NCBI GenBank assembly: GCA_041658815.1
Contig: JBAZZN010000001.1
Coordinates: 1 to 33,086, forward strand
Reading direction: 5' to 3'
Source: Thermoplasmatota archaeon
Lineage (GTDB): Archaea; Thermoplasmatota; SW-10-69-26; JACQPN01; JAJPHT01
DNA: 33,086 bases
How positions within the stretch are numbered: position 1 is the stretch's first letter; every line of letters starts with the position of its first letter. The notes beneath the pieces are model-generated. The model was not told the DNA's origin, made no database searches, and saw only the letters and a program-made list of their open reading frames with translations. The translations under genes and the position numbers were made by a program. Below are positions 23,917 through 32,316 of this stretch, one piece after another.

Positions 23917-25248
23917 TCACGCTGAGCCCTCCATTGGGAATGCATCCACCGGCGATCGCGCTTCTATCTCGCCTGCAAGTGGCGTCGTGAAGAGCCGGAT
24001 GACCTCGTCTCGCGTCTTGCCGTGCGCGAGCGCCCACATGGCCTTCACGTACGCGACCTCGGGCAGCATGTCCTCGCATGGGATGACGCCGAGCCGTTGG
24101 AGGTCGCGTCCCGTCGAGTACACGTTCATGTTCACGCGGCCGTTCAAGCATTGGCTCGTCATGAATACGAACTTGCCTTCCTTGTGCAGCTTCTCGAGCG
24201 CGGGGAACGTGCGCGCGGCGACGTGGCCAAGCCCAGTGCCCACGAGGACGACGCCGTCGAGCACGACGCTCTCGATGTGGTCGGGCCACAATCCTGGGTA
24301 GCTCTGGATCATGGCGACGCGCTCGTTGAGCGCGTCATCCACGCGGACGGGGCCCGCGGCCTTGGGTCGGTGGGGCTCGGTGAGCGTGACCTTTGGGACG
24401 CCGCCGCCAGGAGGCACTTCGACCGTGCCCAGCGGGCGAGTGTTGATGCTTTGGAACGCGTCGCGGCGGCTCGTGTGCATCTTGCGGACGCGCGTGCCAC
24501 GGTGGATGTGGTCGATGCCGTCGCTCGTGCCCGCGTGCATGACGACGACGACCTCGCCGAGGTCAGTGCGCGCGGCCACCGCTACGGCAGCGTGCAGGTT
24601 CGTGCTCGCGTCGCTCGATGGGCGATCGCTGCTTCGCTGCGCGCCCACGATGACGACCGGACCTGGCAGGTCGTGAAGGAAGAAGGAGAGCGCGGCCGCC
24701 GTGAATTGGAGCGTGTCCGTGCCGTGCGTCACGACGACGCCGCGGGCGCCCGAATCGAACTCGACCTTGACCTCGCGCGCCAAGCGCTGCCAGTGCTCAG
24801 GCTGGAGGTCCTCGCTGAACATCGAGAAGACGATGCGGGTCCTGAGGTCCGCCGTGTGCAGGATCTCGGGCACGGCCGCTGCCAGTTCTTCGGGGGTCGT
24901 GACGGGCGTCACGGCGCCCGTGCGGTAGTCCACGTAGCTCGCGATGGTGCCTCCCGTCGCGAGGATGGAGACCCTTGGCTTCCCTTCGGAGCGTAGTGGG
25001 GCCTTGGGCGCGCGCGTGCGGGGAGGCACCTTGCGGGCGAGTGCAAGGCGCGTGTCGCCCGTGACGATGACGCCGACGTTGTAGCCACTGCCAAGTTTCA
25101 GCGTCAGGACGTCGGGCGCGCTGAAGGCGTGGTGCTCCATGACGAGCCCGCGCCAGGAGCGGCCATCGGCGCCCGTGACTTCGACCTCGTCGCCAAGGTC
25201 CGCGCCCACTTGTTGGAGGAGACGCGCGACAGGCGCGGGATAGTCCAT
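23917..25248 (-). CDS. gatD: Glutamyl-tRNA(Gln) amidotransferase subunit D
   Basis: Asparaginase-like domain (ILATGGTIAS, THGTDTL) preceded by the GatD N-terminal domain. Start taken at MDYPAPVARLL (25248), because the longer ORF would overlap the upstream regulator gene. Confidence 0.9.
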   Translation of the reverse strand: MDYPAPVARLLQQVGADLGDEVEVTGADGRSWRGLVMEHHAFSAPDVLTLKLGSGYNVGVIVTGDTRLALARKVPPRTRAPKAPLRSEGKPRVSILATGGTIASYVDYRTGAVTPVTTPEELAAAVPEILHTADLRTRIVFSMFSEDLQPEHWQRLAREVKVEFDSGARGVVVTHGTDTLQFTAAALSFFLHDLPGPVVIVGAQRSSDRPSSDASTNLHAAVAVAARTDLGEVVVVMHAGTSDGIDHIHRGTRVRKMHTSRRDAFQSINTRPLGTVEVPPGGGVPKVTLTEPHRPKAAGPVRVDDALNERVAMIQSYPGLWPDHIESVVLDGVVLVGTGLGHVAARTFPALEKLHKEGKFVFMTSQCLNGRVNMNVYSTGRDLQRLGVIPCEDMLPEVAYVKAMWALAHGKTRDEVIRLFTTPLAGEIEARSPVDAFPMEGSA

Positions 25249-25286
25249 GCGACCGGGAACCGCCTGACCCCGAAAAAGGTTCGGTC

Positions 25287-25817
25287 TCAGCCGTAGAGGT
25301 CTTCCCAAAGCGACGCGAAGGAGTCCAGCAGGTCCGGCGTTGGCGTGTACGCTAGGAGCAGCTTGTAGATCCGCCCCCGATCGATTAGGGTGATGCGGGG
25401 CGAGCCTTTCTCGCGGCCCACGATGCCCTCTTGTGCCAGTTTCGCCAAGTGATAGCTCACGGTGCTCTTGGCCATGCCGAGCTTCTCTACGAGCTCGCCA
25501 TGCGTGCGCGGGCCCTCGTCGAGAAGAAGGAGCACGATGTGCAGCGGCACTTCTTCGCGGAGCAATCCTACGAGGGGAAGGTCGCGTTCCGTCACGCGAG
25601 CGCTCTTCGCCTTGCGCGTGGTGTAGTAGCGCGTGTAGCCTCCCTGCTCGCGAGAGACCACGAAACCCTCCTCTTCCAGTCGCTTGAGATGATACTGCAC
25701 GAGCGGCGCGCTTTCCCCGATCTGCCGCTCGAGGCCGCGCACGTGGATGCCGGGGTACTTGCGGACCGCATCGTGAACGGCCTTGCGGATCGTGCCTTCC
25801 CGTGCGGCCTCCGCCAT
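25287..25817 (-). CDS. Tandem winged-helix (ArsR-like) transcriptional regulator; paralog of 4706..5275
   Basis: Two wHTH units (YPGIHVRGLERQIGESAPLVQYHLKRLEEEGFV and HGELVEKLGMAKSTVSYHLAKLAQEGIV) and a shared C-terminal PTPDLLDSFASLW. Confidence 0.8.
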   Translation of the reverse strand: MAEAAREGTIRKAVHDAVRKYPGIHVRGLERQIGESAPLVQYHLKRLEEEGFVVSREQGGYTRYYTTRKAKSARVTERDLPLVGLLREEVPLHIVLLLLDEGPRTHGELVEKLGMAKSTVSYHLAKLAQEGIVGREKGSPRITLIDRGRIYKLLLAYTPTPDLLDSFASLWEDLYG

Positions 25818-25820
25818 GCC

Positions 25821-26138
25821 TCAGCCTCGGCGCTTGCGGTGGAGCAACGGCATGAAGAGCAGGATGAGGATGATGAGGTCGCCGATGGACAAGCCAAGTT
25901 CGATGTCGTCGTGCGCCACGAAGTGCGTGGTGACATTGTAGGCGCTGAACAGGTTCTTGATGGCGAAGACGACGAACGCGCTTCCCACCCAGCGCAGTCC
26001 CGGGTTGCCGCGCTTGCTCGCCGCACGGAAGGCGAGGACGGAGAGCGTGGTCGCGAGGATGGCGACGATGACGGACGTCGCGCTGCTGTAGGGTGCTGCC
26101 GCGGTGTCCACGGCGCCATTCGCCAGGAAGACGAGCAT
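25821..26138 (-). CDS. Small three-TM membrane protein; paralog of 5289..5696
   Basis: 105 aa, 3 nt upstream of the regulator gene, in the same arrangement as the first cassette. Confidence 0.65.
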   Translation of the reverse strand: MLVFLANGAVDTAAAPYSSATSVIVAILATTLSVLAFRAASKRGNPGLRWVGSAFVVFAIKNLFSAYNVTTHFVAHDDIELGLSIGDLIILILLFMPLLHRKRRG

Positions 26139-26322
26139 CGGTCTGGCAAACGCGTGCGCCCCGCTTCAGGGCTTTGCATGGCGCGGCCCTGGGGGCACGG
26201 GCGGGGGTACTCCCCCGCCGCTCTTCTCGTACGCGAAGCCGCGAAGTGCGCGAAGGAACTTGATGTCCCGGTCCCCGACACGGCCACGTGCCCCGGGCCC
26301 GGCACCCACGGGCCTCCCGTCG

Positions 26323-27147
26323 TCATGTCCTGGCGAGCACCACACGCAGCCCCGCACTCACGAGGAAGACGGCCGTGCTCGCCAACGCGATGGCGGCACC
26401 ACTGGCGACGTCGTACACGAAGCTCGCGTAGAGGCCCACGATGACGCTCACCATACCGAGGAGGACGCTGATGGCCAGCGCTCCGCGGAAGCTCCGTGCG
26501 AGTTGCAGGCCGCTCGCGGCGGGCACGATCATGAGCGCGCTCACGAGGAGGACGCCGACCACGCGCGCTGAGAGCACGACCGTGATGGCGGTGAGGACGG
26601 TGAACGCCGAGTTCAGCGCGGTCACTGGCAAGCCGCTCACGCGCGCGGCGTCCTCGTTGAACGCGAGGTAGAGCAACTCCTTGTAGAAGACGACCAGCGC
26701 GACGATGAGCACGGCGCCGGCGATAGCGACGGTCAACAGGTCCGCGCGCGTCACGGCGAGGATGCTTCCGAAGAGGTAGTTGCCAACGTTCACATTGAGC
26801 CCCCCGCCTCGCGAGATGAGCGCGATGCCGATGGCGAGCCCGGCGCTGAACACGATGCCGATGGCGGTGTCGCTCTTCACTAGGCTGCGCTCGCGGAGGA
26901 ACTGGATGGCGAACCCGCCGAGGATGGCCGCCGCGAGGCCAGCCCACAATGGGTAGAGGCCAGCGACGAGGCCGATGGCGACGCCCGCAAGGCTCACGTG
27001 CGCAAGCCCGTCGCTCACGAGCGCCATGCCGCGGAGCACGTTGAAGACGCCAAGGATGGCCGCGACGAGCGCGACGACGAGGCCAGCGACGAGCGCGCGG
27101 ACCATGAAGTCGTAGCCGAAGACCTCGGTAGGTCCGGGGAGTACCAT
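26323..27147 (-). CDS. Metal ABC transporter permease (ABC-3 / ZnuB-TroCD family)
   Basis: From the internal Met: MVLPGPTEVFGYDFMVRALVAG... The sequence continues to ...SDTAIGIVFSAGLAIGIALIS...NEDAARVSGLPV... These are typical ABC-3 motifs. Confidence 0.85.
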   Translation of the reverse strand: MVLPGPTEVFGYDFMVRALVAGLVVALVAAILGVFNVLRGMALVSDGLAHVSLAGVAIGLVAGLYPLWAGLAAAILGGFAIQFLRERSLVKSDTAIGIVFSAGLAIGIALISRGGGLNVNVGNYLFGSILAVTRADLLTVAIAGAVLIVALVVFYKELLYLAFNEDAARVSGLPVTALNSAFTVLTAITVVLSARVVGVLLVSALMIVPAASGLQLARSFRGALAISVLLGMVSVIVGLYASFVYDVASGAAIALASTAVFLVSAGLRVVLART

Positions 27148-27160
27148 GCTATCTTCCTCC

Positions 27161-27239
27161 GTTGGAGTCTTGGAGTCTTGGGGCCTTTGTGGGTCTTGGC
27201 GCCACACACGCCAAGACACGAAGACTCCAAGACACCAAC
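27161..27239. repeat. 79-bp palindrome built from inverted arrays of the octamer (A)GTCTTGG
   Basis: Left arm GTTGG-AGTCTTGG-AGTCTTGG-...-GTCTTGGCG, loop CCACACA, right arm CGCCAAGAC-...-AAGACTCCAAGACACCAAC. The outer 19-bp stem has one mismatch; the inner stem is 9 bp. It lies between the ABC ATPase and permease genes. Confidence 0.7.
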
Positions 27240-27254
27240 CACCTCGGAAACACG

Positions 27255-28034
27255 CTAGTGGCCCCCAATATCAGTCTGCCGTGCGGGGTCGCCCGCGTGT
27301 GTGAGGGCGAAGTGCGCTGCGTGCTCGCGCTCGGTCTCCACGAAGCGCGAGGGCGTGCCGTCGAACACGATGCGCCGGTTCACGGACACGATGCGGTGGA
27401 CGCTCCGCGCGATGGCCTCCGTGTCGTGGCTCACCAGCACGATGGTGAGGCCGTGGTCGTGATTGAGGTGGTCGAGCAGCTCGTAGAAGCTCGCACGTGC
27501 CTCTGGGTCCACGCCAGTCGTTGGCTCGTCGAGGATGAGGACGTCGGGATCCGCCGCGAGCGCTTTGGCGAGGAGCACGCGTTGGCGCTGGCCGCCGCTC
27601 AGGCTCCCCACGAGCCGGTCCGCCAGGTGCGCGACGCCCACTTCTTCCATGGCCTTGCGCGCCTTCTCTTTGTCACTGCGGGAGAGCCAGCGGAAGAGAC
27701 CACGCCGTGCGACGCGACCCAGGAGAACGACCTCGAGCGCCGTCGCGGGGAAGCGGGCCTCGACTTGGCTGGCGTTCTGTGGCACGTAGCCGACGCGTGG
27801 CCAATCGCGGAAGCGCGCAAGTGGCATGCCGTAGAGCACCACGTGGCCCGCTTGCGTTGGCACCAGCCCGAGCATCGCCTTGAGGAGCGTCGTCTTGCCC
27901 GAGCCGTTGGGGCCCACGATGCCCACGAAGTCGCCCGCCTCGATCGTGAGCGTCGCACTTTCCAGCGCGCGCTCGTTTCCGTATGCCACGCTGACGTCGT
28001 GGAGCGCGACTGGCGGACTTGCGGAGCGGCTCAC
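27255..28034 (-). CDS. Metal ABC transporter ATP-binding protein (ZnuC-like)
   Basis: Walker A GPNGSGKTT, signature LSGGQRQR, Walker B ILDEP, and a His-containing C-terminal tail. No ATG is available. The GTG at 28034 overlaps the upstream stop (GTGA); an alternative GTG is at 28043. Confidence 0.85.
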   Translation of the reverse strand: MSRSASPPVALHDVSVAYGNERALESATLTIEAGDFVGIVGPNGSGKTTLLKAMLGLVPTQAGHVVLYGMPLARFRDWPRVGYVPQNASQVEARFPATALEVVLLGRVARRGLFRWLSRSDKEKARKAMEEVGVAHLADRLVGSLSGGQRQRVLLAKALAADPDVLILDEPTTGVDPEARASFYELLDHLNHDHGLTIVLVSHDTEAIARSVHRIVSVNRRIVFDGTPSRFVETEREHAAHFALTHAGDPARQTDIGGH

Positions 28035-28930
28035 GGCGAGCACTCCATGGCCGCGCGCAAGTGGTCGAGGTTCTTGAGCATGAGGGTCACGTAGTTCTCG
28101 CCCGCGGCTTGGCCCCTGGGCGTGACGCCCTCGATGGGGTCGAGGACGTCGGTCTTGCCGTGCACCTCCGTCGCGATGGTCTGGGCGACGCTTGGGCTCA
28201 CTAGGGTCTCGAAGAAGATCGTCGTGATGTTCTCTCGCCGCGCGAGGTCCGCCGTCTCGCGGATCTTGGCTGCGCTTGGCTCGGCGTCTGGCGAAAGGCC
28301 GCTGATGGCGAACTGCGTGAAGCCGTACTCGCTTGCGAGGTAACCGAACGCCGCGTGCGTCGTGATGATCTTGGGCTTCGCGCATTGCCCAACAAGCGCG
28401 CCACGGTACGCCGCGTCAACGCTGCGCAGGTCGGAAAGCAGGGACGCGAGCCCGTCCTGGTAGCCGGTCTTGTTCGCGGGGTCGGCTCTCTCGAGGGCAG
28501 CCTCGATGGTGCGTGCTTCCGCCATGGCCGTGACGGGGCTGACCCACGTGTGCGGGTCGCTGCCAGGCTCGCTTGGGTCCGTCGAGCTTCGAAGTGCGAT
28601 ACCAGCGGTCGCGACGACGATGCGGTCGCCCCCGCCGAGCTTGTCGTGGAACGCTTCCAACCCCGCGCCTTGGAGCACGATGAGCTTAGCGTTCGCCACC
28701 TTCGCTTGGTCACTAGGCTTGAGGTCGTAGTCGTGCGGCTCCGCGCCTGGCGGAACGATGACGCCGACGAGCTGGCCAGCGGGCCCTGCGATGCGCTGGG
28801 TGAGGTACTGTAGCGGGTAGAAAGACGCCATGACGCTGGGGCTGGACGCGTTGGTCGTCGCGGGGGAGGCGCAACCCGCCAGTGCCGCCGCTACGATGAG
28901 ACCCGCGAGCGCAAGCGAGGGCAGGCGCAT
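28031..28930 (-). CDS. Metal ABC transporter substrate-binding lipoprotein (ZnuA/TroA family)
   Basis: MRLPSLALAGLIVAAALAGC (lipobox), then SFYPLQYLTQRI...PGAEPHDYDL...DPHTW.., the cluster-9 SBP signature. An alternative GTG start is at 28945. Confidence 0.85.
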   Translation of the reverse strand: MRLPSLALAGLIVAAALAGCASPATTNASSPSVMASFYPLQYLTQRIAGPAGQLVGVIVPPGAEPHDYDLKPSDQAKVANAKLIVLQGAGLEAFHDKLGGGDRIVVATAGIALRSSTDPSEPGSDPHTWVSPVTAMAEARTIEAALERADPANKTGYQDGLASLLSDLRSVDAAYRGALVGQCAKPKIITTHAAFGYLASEYGFTQFAISGLSPDAEPSAAKIRETADLARRENITTIFFETLVSPSVAQTIATEVHGKTDVLDPIEGVTPRGQAAGENYVTLMLKNLDHLRAAMECSP

Positions 28931-28973
28931 GGGGTCGCCAAGCACGCGTCGCTCATAGTGGTTTCCGATTTCT

Positions 28974-29007
28974 TATGAAAATTTGCAACACTGGTTGTGA
29001 TTTCATA
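28974..29007. promoter_or_regulatory. Candidate NikR-type operator in the divergent AT-rich promoter region
   Basis: Perfect inverted heptamers TATGAAA (28974-28980) and TTTCATA (29001-29007), 20 bp apart. They sit in the only AT-rich stretch between the SBP gene and the nikR-like gene. Each half lies where a TATA box would be expected for one of the two genes. Confidence 0.5.
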
Positions 29008-29041
29008 GAAAGACTTAGAACATTCACAATCATGGCCGCCT

Positions 29042-29539
29042 ATGGCCGTCGTCAGCATCTCGCTGCCAGACCCGCTCCTCGCGCGGGCAGACAAGCTCAT
29101 CCAACAGCGCGGCTTCGCGGGGCGAAGCGAACTCGTGCGGGCGTGCGTGCGCGACTTCATCGCGACGAACGCTGCACCAGGAGAAGCCACCGGCCATCGC
29201 CACGCTGCCGTGACGCTCGTTTACCCGCACGGCATGGAGCGTCGCTTCTCTGATATCAGGCACACCTATTCGGACGTCGTGCGCGGCATGATGCATGGCC
29301 ATTCGGGCGAGGCGTGCGTGGAGCTCTTCGTCGTCGAGGGAGCCGCATCGCGTGTGTGCGCGTTCGGCGATGCGCTTCGCGGAACGCGTGAGGCGCTCCT
29401 CGTGAACTTCGTGTACACGGATGCGTGGGACGGAGGCACCACACCACTCGCCCATACAGATGACCCCCGGCATGGGCACGAGACAAAGACGGCGCCGCGC
29501 GGTCGGCCACCGACGGGCGCACGCAGAAAGCGAGGATAG
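29042..29539 (+). CDS. nikR: NikR-family metal-responsive regulator (ribbon-helix-helix plus C-terminal metal-binding domain)
   Basis: The N-terminus VSISLPDPLLARADKLIQQRGFAGRSELVRACVRDFI has a CopG/RHH signature. The C-terminal domain has HGHSGEAC (H-x-H-x4-C), close to the NikR high-affinity site H-x-H-x5-C. The last ~30 aa are basic and possibly not conserved. Confidence 0.75.
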   Translation: MAVVSISLPDPLLARADKLIQQRGFAGRSELVRACVRDFIATNAAPGEATGHRHAAVTLVYPHGMERRFSDIRHTYSDVVRGMMHGHSGEACVELFVVEGAASRVCAFGDALRGTREALLVNFVYTDAWDGGTTPLAHTDDPRHGHETKTAPRGRPPTGARRKRG

Positions 29540-29665
29540 TGACGCCAGCGGCCCGCCGGACTTGCGGCTGGCGTGTCGTTCTATATCAACCACGGCGCTC
29601 CCGGCCCCGGGGCGCAATTCGTCCCATAGGATCGAACGGATCCCCTCGATGTCTTCTTCCAACCT

Positions 29666-29773
29666 CCACGCTAAGACCCCAAGACGCAAAGAAGCCAAGC
29701 GACCATCGAAGAAGCGACGCCAAGCTTGTCGTCTGCTGGCTTGGCGTCTTGGGTTCTTGGAGTCTTGGCGTGG
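29666..29773. repeat. 108-bp palindrome of CCAAGAC/GTCTTGG octamer arrays centred on AAGCTT
   Basis: Left arm CTAAGACC-CCAAGACG-CAAAGAAG-CCAAGCGA. Right arm GGCTTGG-CGTCTTGG-GTTCTTGG-AGTCTTGG. The termini CCACGC/GCGTGG are complementary. Same octamer family as 27161-27239. Confidence 0.7.
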
Positions 29774-29914
29774 TCGGAACGCGCGCCTGGCCCCAATGCA
29801 TGCCACAGGCGAAACCTTTCCCCTCGGATTTGCGCCCCGGGGCCGGCGCTCCCACAACGCTTAAGCCCGCCCTAATGTTCGATGCGTGTTAAAGTCTCGT
29901 GGAGGTCCTCCGGC

Positions 29915-30598
29915 ATGAAACTCAGAACCCCGCTCCTCATCCTCGTCACGCTTGCGCTCGCGCTTTCCGTCTGTGGTTCAGCGGCCGCGCACAAGGCAGG
30001 GTACTCGCCTGATGGCAAGATCAAGATCGTCTGGGGCTTCCTCAACGAGCCCGCCGTGACCATGACGATCCTTGGCCTGGACATCACCATCAGCGACAAC
30101 GCCACTGGTGCGCTCATCGATGGCGTCACGCAGAACACGGTCCAAGCCGCCATGCACTACGGCGAGGGCACCGAGTGGGAGTTCAAGGACTTCGGCCCCG
30201 TGTCCGGTCAGCACGGCCACTACACTGCCATGATCACGCTCACGCAACCTGGCATCTACACCCTGCACCTTCAGGGGACGATCAACGGGTCCGACCTGGG
30301 CCCAAACGGCGTGGAGATCCCCAGCGCGCACGCCATCGAGGACATCAGCGAGACGTACTTCCCCCCACTCAAGGCGCCGCGTGACGACTCGGCCACCGTC
30401 GCGAAGCTCCAGAGCGACGTGAAGACACTGCAGGAGCAGGTCGCGGCGCTGAATGCGAAGATCAAGGCGCAGGCCGAGACGCCCTCGACGGTCGTCACTA
30501 CGGCTTCCCCCAAGCCCGCCCCCGGTTTCGAGGCCAGCGTGGGCCTCGTGGCGCTTGGCGCCGTCGCCCTCGCGATGGCCACGCGTCGCCGAGGCTGA
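29915..30598 (+). CDS. Secreted protein with a predicted N-terminal His, a coiled-coil segment and a PGF-CTERM-like anchor; functionally YcnI-like
   Basis: MKLRTPLLILVTLALALSVCGSAAA|H, then a beta-rich domain (QPGIYTLHLQGTING), a coiled coil and a Thr/Ser/Pro linker. The C-terminus is PAPGFEASVGLVALGAVALAMATRRRG. An alternative ATG is at 29882. Confidence 0.65.
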   Translation: MKLRTPLLILVTLALALSVCGSAAAHKAGYSPDGKIKIVWGFLNEPAVTMTILGLDITISDNATGALIDGVTQNTVQAAMHYGEGTEWEFKDFGPVSGQHGHYTAMITLTQPGIYTLHLQGTINGSDLGPNGVEIPSAHAIEDISETYFPPLKAPRDDSATVAKLQSDVKTLQEQVAALNAKIKAQAETPSTVVTTASPKPAPGFEASVGLVALGAVALAMATRRRG

Positions 30599-30607
30599 TG
30601 CTGTAGG

Positions 30608-32314
30608 ATGCGAGCGCTCGCGCACCCGTCAAGTGTACCTCCGGGGGGCAAGCCCCCCCGGTTTCCGATCTTGCTCGTGACCACGCGCGCCCTCCTCCCT
30701 CTTTTCCTTGTGCTCTTCTTGCTCCCCGCCGCGTCAGCGCACGCGAGCCTGCAGTCAGCTTCTCCGCAGCCGAATGGCCACGCGGACGCCGGCGTGAGCG
30801 TCATCGAAGTGCGCTTCACGGAGGACGTCGAGCCGCAATACACGACGCTTGGCATCGTGGACCTCAAGCAGAAGGATTGGGCCAACGGCCCCGCCCAGTT
30901 CGATGACGCACACCACAACGTCGTCCGCTTGAGGGTGGACCCTCTCTTGGATGGCGTGTACACAGTGAACTGGCGTGCGCTCAGCGTGGACTCGCACACG
31001 ACGCAGGGCTCGTTCCTCTTCAGCGTCGGCGCGGCGCGCTTGACCTACACGCCTCCGCTGAGCGCGCATGACCACACGGATGACCAAGCGCAGGTGCTGC
31101 GCGAGGGCGCCGCGCGTTGGGCTTACTATGGCTGCATGTTCATAGGGATCGGCACTCCGGTCTTCCTCAGCGTCATGGAGCGCGCCCGTATGCCGGCCCT
31201 TGCGCCCACGCTCCTCACCGCCGTCGCTGCCATCGCCGGCGCGGTGGCCGCGTACGTGGGCCTACTGTTCCTGGCGGAGCGAACGGGGCTCTCGTTCACG
31301 CAAGCCTCGCACACTGCTGCTGGGTCCTCCTTCGATTGGCGCGGCACGCTGCTCGTGGCCGCGGGGATCGCGTTCGTCGTCGCGGTCGCCATCAAGCCAG
31401 CCCGCAGGCCCGCATTGCTCATCGGCGCTGCGCTCGCTGGGGGCTCGCTCGTGTGGGCCTCGCTGGGAAGCCACGCCGCAGCGGGCCGCGAGCTGCATTG
31501 GGCAAGCGTCACCATGGACGTGCTTCACCTCCTGATGGGCGCCCTGTGGGTCGGCGGCGTCGCCGCGTTCCTGTTCGCGGCCCGCGGGAAAAGCGGAAGG
31601 GAAGTCGGCTTGCTCATCGCACGCTTCACGCCGCTGGCCATCGCGAGCGTGGCGGTGATCCTCGTGACGGGGACGTACGCGAGCGTGCGCCACATCCCGC
31701 GTGTCGCTGACCTTTGGATGCAGCCCTATGGCCGACTGGTCTCGCTCAAGATCATCCTCTTCGTCGTGCTCCTGGCACTGGGCGCATACAACAAACAGGT
31801 CGTGATGCCCCGCCTGCTCTCAAGCAAGGAGGGCACCGCAGGGTTCCGCCGCGTGCTCGCGCTCGAAGCGATCCTCATGGCGGTCGTGGTGGGCGCTGCC
31901 GGCGCGCTTGCGTCGTCCTCGCCCCCTGACAAGGCAGTGGAGGAGGGCACGCAAGGCGTCTCATCCTACGCGGAGTTCGCGCAAGCCACTGCGACGACGC
32001 ATGTCGTGATGAGCGTCTCGCCCAACCCCATCACGGTCGGTATCCAGAACCTCACCATCGAACTTCATCCGCTCTCCGTGACGGCGGTCGGTAAGGGTGC
32101 AAGCATCGCCGTGAAGGTCTCAGCGCCAGGGGCGAGCGAGCCTGGCGTCTTCTTCGAGCCGGGGCCCAAACGCCTCGCGGACGACACTTGGGCGATGGAG
32201 GACGGCATCTTCACGTCCCCAGGGAGTTGGAACGTGTGGGTCCTCGTGCAGCGGCCGGAGGTCAGCGAGTTCTCCAAGTTGCACTTCACGGTGCCAGTCG
32301 AGGTGCCGTCGTGA
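30608..32314 (+). CDS. CopC-CopD fusion copper transport/resistance protein (YcnJ-like) with an extra C-terminal extracytoplasmic domain
   Basis: Signal peptide ending ASA|H. CopC domain (HASLQSASPQPNG...VYTVNWRALSVDSHTTQGSFLFSV), then about 8 TM helices of CopD type, then a C-terminal beta-rich domain. Confidence 0.8.
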   Translation: MRALAHPSSVPPGGKPPRFPILLVTTRALLPLFLVLFLLPAASAHASLQSASPQPNGHADAGVSVIEVRFTEDVEPQYTTLGIVDLKQKDWANGPAQFDDAHHNVVRLRVDPLLDGVYTVNWRALSVDSHTTQGSFLFSVGAARLTYTPPLSAHDHTDDQAQVLREGAARWAYYGCMFIGIGTPVFLSVMERARMPALAPTLLTAVAAIAGAVAAYVGLLFLAERTGLSFTQASHTAAGSSFDWRGTLLVAAGIAFVVAVAIKPARRPALLIGAALAGGSLVWASLGSHAAAGRELHWASVTMDVLHLLMGALWVGGVAAFLFAARGKSGREVGLLIARFTPLAIASVAVILVTGTYASVRHIPRVADLWMQPYGRLVSLKIILFVVLLALGAYNKQVVMPRLLSSKEGTAGFRRVLALEAILMAVVVGAAGALASSSPPDKAVEEGTQGVSSYAEFAQATATTHVVMSVSPNPITVGIQNLTIELHPLSVTAVGKGASIAVKVSAPGASEPGVFFEPGPKRLADDTWAMEDGIFTSPGSWNVWVLVQRPEVSEFSKLHFTVPVEVPS

Positions 32315-32316
32315 TC

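Noticed and set aside
21813-25308. Long plus-strand ORFs (21813..22550, 22635..23117, 24022..24996) and the N-terminal extensions of the gatE and gatD ORFs
   Set aside because: The plus-strand ORFs are antisense to gatE and gatD. The canonical GatE and GatD N-termini begin at internal Mets (23744 and 25248). The extensions are Arg-rich and overlap a neighbouring gene or the structured spacer.
25431-28385. ORFs 25431..26444 (+), 25592..26947 (-), 27162..28094 (+) and the long form of 27255..28385 (-)
   Set aside because: They conflict with well-supported regulator, permease, ATPase and SBP genes. The long ATPase ORF has no plausible start upstream of the SBP stop and would overlap the SBP gene by 350 nt.
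27161-29773. The octamer arrays as a CRISPR array
   Set aside because: The repeats are only 8 bp, directly abutting with no spacers, arranged as inverted arms, and there are no cas genes in the window.
29030-29857. 275-aa minus-strand ORF
   Set aside because: Antisense to the NikR-like gene. It also runs through the octamer palindrome, and its sequence is low-complexity.
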